Shown in pieces: positions 51,138 to 64,000 of a stretch of 64,000 nt of DNA (its first letter is position 1; the number at the start of each line of letters is the position of its first letter). Both the position numbers and the translations under genes were made by a program. The notes below the pieces were generated by a model. The model was not told where the DNA came from, did no database searches, and worked only from the letters and a program-made list of their open reading frames with translations. The stretch lies in assembly GCF_009914755.1 (NCBI RefSeq), contig NC_060927.1; one strand, 5' to 3'. The stretch comes from the human T2T-CHM13v2.0 reference genome, Homo sapiens.

Positions 51138-53874
51138 ATATAGTTCACCAAACATATGCACAGTGATTCTTAGTCAACATCAGGTTGGCAGATCTACCCT
51201 GTGAGATTTATCTAGCTATTTAATAACTGCCAACATACTACTTTTTAATCTGACTTTAAATCAAATCATCACGTATATCATACCAGAAAGCAAATTAGAA
51301 TTACATGTTATTAATTTACCAAGGAAAGCCATGTGCCAAAAACATCTTTTGGAATACAGGAAAATTGATCAGAAATTTAACTTCTAATTTAATATTGGTT
51401 CCCCATTTATTGGTAGTAAACTATAAATGCTAATATCCGATGGTAGGATTAGGATGAGACTCTTTGACCTAGAACAAGAGGATGAGGCGTTTGCGCTCAG
51501 CTTTGTAGAAAGCTTTGTAGCTTGGGAACAAACAAATGCTCATCATTAGCGGTTCAGTTTCTTCAACTTCTCTTTCTCTTTTTCTTCGCCTATCAATCTT
51601 ATAAGGTTTGTTTCTCTCCTGTTCCGTTCAAAGATCTTTGCTCTAATAAAAAGCACAATTTAAGAAGTTTTCTCATTCTGGATATACTTTTTACTGCCCA
51701 AAGTACAGCACAGAGAATTAAGTTTTCAAAAACCAAGTGATATAGAAGAAAGAAAAAGAGATTAAAGAACATGAAAGTGCTACAGAGACTCAATAAAATA
51801 TATGTAGTTTTTTTAACTCTGAATTTTCCTCTTTTGAAGACAACCAAAATCTTTTAAAACACATTATCTTAAACTATTTTTTATTTGTATCAGTTCTCCA
51901 TTAAGTTATGAATATATATTTTTAAAACAGCTTTGGAAAAATACATTTTCTGTTTTATTTTGTTCTACAAAATATAGATAGAATACTTCTCCGAAAGATA
52001 CTATTTTCCTAGTACACAGGATATGAAATCTCAGAAAAGTATAAAAAAAGAATACAAAGCTTATAGGCTTGTGATGGGACTTAGGAGAAAAGTTTGGACA
52101 AAGGGACAAGCATACAATGCATCTTCCTTCTCTTCAGACAGAAACAGTATTAATACCAAAAGAATATGTAAAAGTGAGCAATTCCCTCTGTATTCACACA
52201 ATCCAAGCGAGTGTGAATGATAATGGGATCTTGAATCTCTCGTACCAGACATCAGTAAAAAAACAACTATGTCCTGTCAGCCTTATAACAAAGGAGCTTA
52301 TTAAGATAAATGATACTTTTAAGATAACATCTACCATAATATGCTACACTTGGTATTCAAATGTAAAACAAGCCAAAGTCAATATATCCATTGTTCTCCC
52401 TCTTAATTCTTTGCCTTAATCTCCTTCACAACAAATAAAATTGTAAAGCAAATCAACTGCTCAAAACTAACAGTGCCACTTGTCCTATGTCAAAATTTGT
52501 CTAGGACAGTCTAAATTCAAATATTCAATTCTTCTATGGACAATGCAAATTTATTTATATCATGCTTCCTTTTAACAACCTTGATAGGAATTTCAAAACA
52601 CTGGAGATTAACTGAGTAAATTATGATTCAACTCTATAATATATAGTATGCAACTAAAAAGAATATCTAATGATAAAAGAAAATATTTAATTATTTTGCT
52701 AAATGCAAAAAGCAAGTTTCATAATTTTATATTCAATATGTCTACATTTTATAGAACTATACAGATATAATGAAAGACCACAAGGTCATATGCCAAAATA
52801 TTAATAGTAATTTTTTAAAATGATAGACTTCCAGGTATCTTATATGATTGACTTGCATTTCTTTTGATCTCAATCAGAGTAGTTGAATTATTTTCTTGTG
52901 AAAATGTACTATCCTTGTTTTTGTTTCTGTATGTTTTCTCTATGTAAATCCTAGCTTTTCAAATAACCATTCAAATTCTTATGCTTTGTATTTTATTTTC
53001 CTGAACATACCAGCTAATGTAAAATAATCTTTCTTTCCAATTCTTGAAACCAAATGTAAGCTCCTTAAGGGAAGAATCTATAACAATTTGTACTTCCCAC
53101 AGCAACTATATTAGCAGAGAAAAATGATTTGGTAAATAAATACCTGTGAGATTAAAAAGAAAATCTTAAGGATGTAATGAGATTTGCATACACACAGACA
53201 CACTCTCACACTTTCTTTAAGAGGAGGCTCTTCAGTCCTATTTATTTCACCCAACTCTCATCAAGTTGCAGACTCTGAACCAAAAGGAATCTTAGGAACC
53301 CTCCATACTGTGCTGATTTCTCCTCCGTAATAGTCTCTTTGCATCCAGCTGGGCTTGAATATCTTCAGCCACAGAAAAATCACTTAACATATGGAGCTCA
53401 TTCTATTGCTACATATGTCCTAAATACTAAAACATTATTTTAATGCTTAGCCACAACACACACATGCTTAAATTTAAAAAAAAAAAAAGTCAGTACCATC
53501 CCCTAGGTAATCATGTTTGTAACACTTTAATGAGTTTAAGGCCTGAGCTCTAAATTATAATCAAATGTTAAGTTAAAAAAAATGAAGCATATAGAATTTT
53601 CTGCTTTCTTCATGTTGATTGCTTCCTTATACTTCCTTATTTTCAATATGTATCTTACTTATTTAAGGTATTTTTTAAAATTTAATGTGATGGCAGAAAA
53701 CAAAATATGAAAACAATGCATACTATTATATATTTATCAAGATTTGTGTAATTTAGACCATCATTTGAATCTTACTTCTTATATTTCGATATTTTAAGAA
53801 TTAAGCTTATATAGGTAAAGACCAAGGTTACAGTTTTACTATAATAAGTTATATAAAAAACAAATATATTGAAG

Positions 53875-54107
53875 CAGAGCACAGCAAACTTTTCCTGTAA
53901 AGGACCTGATAGTAAATATTTTCAGCTTTGGGAACTATACAATCCCTGCTACAACTATTAATCTCTGTCATTATAGGGCAAAAGCAGCCACAAATAACAT
54001 GTAAGTGAATGGCGTGTCTGTTTAGCTGTGTTCCAATAAAACTTTATTTATTAAAAACAAGCAAGATTTGAATTTGGCCTGATGTAAACATAGTTTGATA
54101 ACCCCTA
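53875..54107. mobile_element. MER58A (hAT-Charlie)
   Basis: GCAAACTTTTCCTGTAAAGG...GATAGTAAATATTTT...GTGTTCCAATAAAACTTTATTTA...TAGTTTG..ACCCCT. Confidence 0.85.
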
Positions 54108-54788
54108 TACTATTGGGATTACTCATGCCATTGTCCTAATGAACTACATAGTTTAAATCTATTCCATCAATAAGGCTATGTGCATCAGGATTTATTCAAT
54201 TGAACGTGTATTTGTTAAGCTCATCATATAAGCTCAGCATTGTAATCAATCAGGCTTTATACAGTCTTATTTAAGATTGCCTAGAAAAACAGACTAAAGA
54301 TTATGCAACAAATTTGAGACATCCAAGTGGCAAAACCAAGTAATTCAACATGAAATATTTATTTGAGGATATGAAAAAACAAATGTACATGCGTGTGTAT
54401 GCACACAGGCACCTGTAACAATAGCCTTGTTTTCCTCTCTTAGGAAGATATAAATAAAAGCTTAAATGGCTTTCATGAGAGTAGAAGAGATATCATGTTA
54501 TTTCATTCTCTTTTTAAAGCATTCTAGAATAAATAAACAGTAGTTGCCAGAGGACCTACTATAAGCAATTCTGGACTTGACCCCCAAAAATGTTACCTCT
54601 CAAAATATTTCTGAAGGATGAGCTGAAGGGGAGTAAACAGTGACTTAAAATCTGATAGTAGACACTTTTCATGATCCTTGAACAAGGATCTATCATTATG
54701 CCTTAGTGTACCTCTGGTTCATAACTTTGACACACACAATGATTATTCCTCAGTGGTAATGAAATATTTATTAAATACAGATAATATT

Positions 54789-56998
54789 TGATAGGGTTTA
54801 GATATCTGTCCCTTTTAAATCAGCTCATGTTGAAATATAGTCCCCAGTGTTGGACGTGGAGCCTGATGGGAGATGTTCGGATCAGGAGGTGGATCACTCA
54901 TGAATAGCCTTGTGCCATCTTTTTGGTAATGAGTGAATTCTCCTTCTATTAGTTTACCTGAGAGTTGATGTTTAACCCATTCTCCCCAAGAATATTCGCT
55001 GGTGGTGCTTGTGGCTGCAGAGTTTACCCTGAGATAACTCGTGGGTTACAGTTCTAACCTTACCCCCAAAGTTTGCCAGGGAATATCTCAATTTTATTAT
55101 TATTTTCACATTGCTCTAATATATCAACTTGGGAAACAAAATACATCATTCTATTTATAGCATTCTGTTTTTAGTAGTGGTATTTCTATTTACAAAATAT
55201 AGTAATTCTCAATTGCTGAAAATGTCAAATTCTATACAACATAGAATTCGACATTTTCTGTGTTGTTCCATGCTTCAAAATTTGAAATTTACTAACAGAT
55301 AAACATTATTAAATACTGATCGTCATATACATTTCTATTACATTAAGATTAGAGACAAGTTCTGTTTACAAATAACTCCAAGAACAGTTTTTAGATTTTA
55401 TTTTCACATTGAAAATCAATTAGATTTGCTCCTACCTCAAAGAGCATGTTTGTGTAAAATTAAATGAGTACTGGCAGTGAGCTGCACTTTTTTTTTCTAA
55501 ATGAGAAATGGGTTAAAAGAGTGTTGCACCTCTTCCTCTCACTCATTCCCTTTCTTGTCATGTGACATGCCTGCTCCCTCTTTGCCTCCTGCCATGAGTA
55601 AAAGCTGCTTGAGGTCTCACCAGAAGCTGAGCAGATGCTGGTGCCCCACTTGTATAGCCTGCAGAACTGTGAGCCAAATAACCCCCTCTTTTTAAAAAAT
55701 AAATTACCCAGCCTCAAGTATTCCTTCATAGCAATGCAAAATAAACTAATACAGAAAATTGGTACTAAGAGTGGGCTCTTGTATAAAGATACCTGAAAAT
55801 GTGGAAGCATCTTTGTTACTGGGTAACAGTCAGAGGTTGGAAGAGTTTGAAGGTCTCGAAAGAAGACAAGAGAGAATTTGGAACTTTTTAGAGACTTGTT
55901 AAGTAGTTGTAACCAAAATGCTGGTAGAAATATAAACAGTAAAGGCCAGGCTGATGAGGTATCAGATGAAAATGAGAATTTTTTGAAAACTGGAGCAAAA
56001 TTCACCCTTGTTACATCCTAGCAAAGAGCTTGGCTGCATTGTGTCCATGCTGTAGGGATTTATGGGATGTTTAACTTAAGAGTGTTGACCTAGGGTATCT
56101 GACAGAAGAAATTTCTAAGCAGAAAGCATTCAAGGGGCTGTGTGGCTGTTTCTAACAAACTACAACAAGATGTTGGAACAGATGTATTACTTAAGGTTAA
56201 AAATTATAATAAAAAGCAAAGCAGAGTGTACAAATTTGGAAAATTCATAATCTGGCCATGAGGTAGACAAAGAAAGACAGTTTTCAGGAGAAAAGCAGAA
56301 GCAGCTGAGAAATAACCAATTGCTAGAGAGACTTGCATGACTAAAATGGAACCAAGTGCTGATAGCCAAGACAATGGAAAAAAGACCTTGAAGACATTTC
56401 AGAAATCTTCAGGAGAGTCCCTGCCATCACAGGCCTAGAGGCCTAGGAAGAAAGAATGCTTCTGGGGACAATGCCTGGGAGACCACTGCTCTGCACCACC
56501 TCAGGAGAGTGTGCCCTATATCCTGGCTGCTTCAGCCCCAACCAAAGCTGAAAGGGCCTGGGTATACCTAAGCTCCCATTATGGAGAGTTCAAGCCACTG
56601 TAAGCATTGGCAGCTTCTACATGGTGTTAATCCTGTAAGTGCACAGAGCACGAGAGTGAAGGCTTAGTAACTTCCACTTATATTTCAGAGGATGTATTGG
56701 AAAGGCTGGGTACCTAGGCAGAAGCCTGCTACAGGGGTGGAGCCCTTGCAGAGAGCCTATACTAGGATAGTGCCAAGGGGAAATGTGGGGTTGCAGCCCC
56801 CACACAGAGTCACCACCCGGGCAATGCCTAGTGGATTTGTGAAAATGGGGCCACCACCTTTCAGATCCCAGAATATACCTTGAGCCTGGAAAAGTCACAG
56901 GCATTCAACTCCAACCCGTTACAGCAGCCACATGGGCTTCACCAAATAAAGCCATGGAGGCAGAGCTGCAGAGCTGCCCAAGGCCTTGGGAAGACCAC
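54789..56998 (+). mobile_element. MSTA/B-like MaLR: 5' LTR (54789-55753, interrupted) plus truncated internal region (55754-56998); no 3' LTR seen
   Basis: LTR ends ACTAATACA then GAAAATTGGTAC...AAAGATACCTGAAAATGTGGAAGC (MST-int start). Confidence 0.9.
54976..55512 (+). mobile_element. Non-autonomous piggyBac element (Looper/MER75 family)
   Basis: TTAA TSDs at 54972-54975 and 55513-55516; CCCATT/AATGGG termini; removal restores the MST LTR. Confidence 0.9.
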
Positions 56999-57225
56999 CT
57001 GTCATTTTTCTCCAATGTAGTAGTTTCTCCAATAACCCATGGTACCTCCCACCAAGACCTGAGTCCTCAAAATATCTATTGAATGGTTGTACTCTTAGGG
57101 GTGTAGTTATAATAATAATGATATACTTCAGTATTAAATTTTAAATTTTATGGAGTAATGATAAGCAATAAAAATAAAACAATACTTCTTCCTTGTTTGC
57201 TAAATTACAAGTAGCAAGCCATTCA

Positions 57226-58135
57226 GGGGAGGAGCCAAGATGGCCGAATAGGAACAGCTCCGGTCTACAGCTCCCAGCGTGAGCGACACAGAAGACGGGT
57301 GATTTCTGCATTTCCATCTGAGGTACCGGGTTCATCTCACTAGGGAGTGCCAGACAGTGGGCGCAGGTCAGTGGGTGCGCGCACCGTGCGTGAGCCGAAG
57401 CAGGGCAAGGCATTGCCTCACCTGGGAAGCGCAAGGGGTCAGGGAGTTCCCTTTTGGAGTCAAAGAAAGGGGTGACGGACAGCGCCTGGAAAATCGGGTC
57501 ACTCCCACCCGAATACTGTGCTTTTCCAACGGGCTTAAAAAACGACGCACCACGAGATTATATCCCGCACCTGGCTCGGAGGGTCCTACGCCCACGGAGT
57601 CTCGCTGATTGCTAGCACAGCAGTCTGAGATCAAACTGCAAGGCGGCAGCGAGGCCGGGGGAGGGGCGCCCGCCATTGCCCAGGCTTGATTAGGTAAACA
57701 AAGCAGCCTGTAAGCTCGAACTGGGTGGAGCCCACCACAGCTCAAGGAGGCCTGCCTGCCTGCCTCTGTAGGCTCCACCTCTGGGGACAGGGCACAGACA
57801 AACAAAAAGACAGCAGTAACCTCTGCAGACTTAAATGTCCCTGTGTGACAGCTTTGAAGAGAACAGTGGCTCTCCCAGCATGCAGCTGGAGATCTGAGAA
57901 CAGGCAGACGGCCTTCTCAAGTGGGTCCCTGACCCCTGACCCCCGAGCAGCCTAACTGGGAGGCACCCCCCAGCAGGGACACACTGACACCTCACACGGC
58001 AGGGTACTCCAACAGACCTGCAGCTGAGGGTCCTCTCTGTTAGAAGGAAAACTAACAAACAGAAAGGACATCCACACCAAAAACCCATCTGTACATCACC
58101 ATCATCAAAGACCAAAAGTAGATAAAACCACAAAG
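57226..58135 (+). promoter_or_regulatory. L1 5'UTR internal sense and antisense promoter
   Basis: Intact YY1 site CAAGATGGCCG 57236-57246, many retained CpGs, SOX-type AAACAAA sites. Confidence 0.85.
57368..57676 (-). CDS. L1 ORF0, C-terminally extended (102 aa)
   Basis: MAGAPPPASLPPCSLISDCCASNQRDSVGVGPSEPG from ATG at 57676; translation not demonstrated. Confidence 0.6.
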   Translation of the reverse strand: MAGAPPPASLPPCSLISDCCASNQRDSVGVGPSEPGAGYNLVVRRFLSPLEKHSIRVGVTRFSRRCPSPLSLTPKGNSLTPCASQVRQCLALLRLTHGARTH

Positions 58136-58172
58136 ATGGGGAAAAAACAGAACAAAAACTGGAAACTCTAAG

Positions 58173-59150
58173 ATGCAGAGCGCCTCTCCTCCTCCAAAGG
58201 AACGCAGTTCCTCACCAGCAACGGAACAAAGCTGGATGGAGAATGACTTTGACGAGCTGAGAGAAGAAGGCTTCAGACGATCAAATTACTCTGAGCTACG
58301 GGAGGACATTCAAACCAAAGGCAAAGAAGTTGAAAACTTTGAAAAAAATTTAGAAGAATGTATAACTAGAATAACCAATACAGAGAAGTGCTTAAAGGAG
58401 CTGATGGAGCTGAAAACCAAGGCTCGAGAACTACGTGAAGAATGCAGAAGCCTCAGGAGCCAATGCGATCAACTGGAAGAAAGGGTATCAGTGATGGAAG
58501 ATGAAATGAATGAAATGAAGCGAGAAGGGAAGTCTAGAGAAAAAAGAATAAAAAGAAATGAGCAAAGCCTCCAAGAAATATGGGACTATGTGAAAAGACC
58601 AAATCTACATCTGATTGATGTACCTGAAAGTGATGGGGAGAAAGGAACCAAGTTGGAAAACACTCTGCAGGATATTATCCAGGAGAACTTCCCCAGTCTA
58701 GCAAGGCAGCCCAATGTTCAGATTCAGGAAATACAGAGAACGCCACAAAGATACTCCTCGAGAAGAGCAACTCCAAGACACATAATTGTCAGATTCACCA
58801 AAGTTGAAATGAAGGAAAAAATGTTAAGGGCAGCCAGAGAGAAAGGTCGGGTTACCCTCAAAGGGAAGCCCATCAGACTAACAGCGGATCTCTTGGCAGA
58901 AACCCTACAAGCCAGAAGAGAGTGGGGACCAATATTCAACATTCTTAAAGAAAAGAATTTTCAACCCAGAATTTCATATCCAGCCAAACTAAGCTTCATA
59001 AGTGAAGGAGAAATAAAATACTTTACAGACAAGCAAATGCTGAGAGATTTTGTCACCACCAGGCCTGCCTTACAAGAGCTCCTGAAGGAAGCACTAAACA
59101 TGGAAAGGAATAATCAGTACCAGCCGCTGCAAAATCATGCCAAAATGTAA
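58173..59150 (+). CDS. L1 ORF1p, N-terminally truncated (325 aa)
   Basis: Coiled coil, RRM and CTD motifs (REKG, ARR, YPAKLS) intact; canonical ATG at 58136 is out of frame. Confidence 0.7.
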   Translation: MQSASPPPKERSSSPATEQSWMENDFDELREEGFRRSNYSELREDIQTKGKEVENFEKNLEECITRITNTEKCLKELMELKTKARELREECRSLRSQCDQLEERVSVMEDEMNEMKREGKSREKRIKRNEQSLQEIWDYVKRPNLHLIDVPESDGEKGTKLENTLQDIIQENFPSLARQPNVQIQEIQRTPQRYSSRRATPRHIIVRFTKVEMKEKMLRAAREKGRVTLKGKPIRLTADLLAETLQARREWGPIFNILKEKNFQPRISYPAKLSFISEGEIKYFTDKQMLRDFVTTRPALQELLKEALNMERNNQYQPLQNHAKM

Positions 59151-59213
59151 AGACCATCGAGACTAGGAAGAAACTGCATCAACTAATGAGCAAAATCACC
59201 AGCTAACATCATA

Positions 59214-62988
<3,775 letters not shown>

Positions 62989-63619
62989 GAACAAAAAACC
63001 AAACACCGCATATTCTCACTCATAGGTGGGAATTGAACAATGACAACACATGGACACAGGAAGGGGAATATCACACTCTGGGGACTGTTGTGGGGTGGGG
63101 GGAGTGGGGAGGGATAGCATCGGGAGATATACCTAATGCTAGATGACGAGTTAGTGGGTGCAGCGCACCAGCATGGCACATGTATACATATGTAACTAAC
63201 CTGCACAATGTGCACATGTACCCTAAAACTTAAAGTATAATAAAAATAAATAAATAAATAAATTACAAGTAGCATAAACTAAGATGGATGTGTAGATAGA
63301 TACATAGGCCCCTTGTTATGTTTTCTTATCTTTCAGAACAAAAAAGTAGACAAGTTTCCTAGTCAAGATATTCCTTAGCTACAGCAGTCACAGGAAAATT
63401 ATAGCACATGTTACCTCTAATCATATATCTGTCTATAGAATGATTCATCCTGCATGTTTCTAACAGAGCGATCATTGCTCAGCACAACCCTGCTCATTTA
63501 ATTACTCCTCAGAATCCTCAAGTGGCTCTCAATACTTCCAAAATACAAGTCAAATCAGGTTTGCCTGTCTTCCAAACTCCTCAACAATTCAACTCTCAGC
63601 CATCTTTCATTTTGAAACA

Positions 63620-64000
63620 CAGATTGTTTTGGTAGAATTTACATAAAATAAAATTTACTCTTTTTGATGTATAATTCTATGAGTTTTACTAACGTATATA
63701 GTCATGTGACTACAAATAAAATCAATATATAGAACATTTTCATCACCTGAAAATGTAACCTTCTGCCTCTTTGTAGGCATTCATCTCCCTCAGTCCTAGC
63801 CAGTGGCAACCACTGACTTATTTCTTGTCCTTCAACTTGACTCCTAGAAACTCATGTAAACGGAATCATAAAGGATATAGCCTTTTAAGTACGTATTGTT
63901 TCACTAACTTAATGTATTTGAGATTTATCCATATTGTTGCTTATTTAGTAGGTTGAGCCTTTCACTTTTTATTGCTATCATTCCATTATATGGATAGGCC
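63620..64000 (-). mobile_element. Old L1M (MB/MC-like) 3' end
   Basis: ATATAGAACATTTTCATCACC...GGCAACCACTGA...GGAATCATA...TTGAGATTTATCCAT antisense 3'UTR pattern. Confidence 0.75.

Noticed and set aside
63080-63115. G-rich quadruplex-like tract
   Set aside because: Ordinary L1PA 3'UTR polypurine tract present in all such copies

Overview
Hominoid (very probably human) AT-rich intergenic or deep-intronic DNA, roughly half transposable-element derived. I see no host protein-coding exon, RNA gene or CRISPR-like system; every long ORF is LINE-1 derived and the short ORFs are Alu-, microsatellite- or chance-derived. Main contents: a full-length but inactivated L1PA2/late-L1PA3 (57226-63258) with a largely intact promoter, an ORF1 rescued by a new ATG, an extended ORF0 and a broken ORF2; a twin-primed inverted L1PA3-like insertion (7832-10675); a truncated L1PA inside an MLT1 LTR; older L1M/L1PB pieces; 12 dimeric-type Alu copies and a FAM; a complete MLT1 LTR-int-LTR element; an MST LTR carrying a piggyBac (Looper/MER75) element; and MER5A, MER58A, Tigger2a and MIR relics. 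The best non-annotated signals are a near-perfect 56-bp-arm hairpin with template-switch-like scars (35716-35876), a CpG/NF-Y/HOX motif cluster (40600-40775), and motif-dense TE-free blocks resembling conserved enhancers. I could not support a genuinely new biological system. Subfamily calls are from remembered consensus sequences and need RepeatMasker/Dfam confirmation; boundaries of old elements are approximate.
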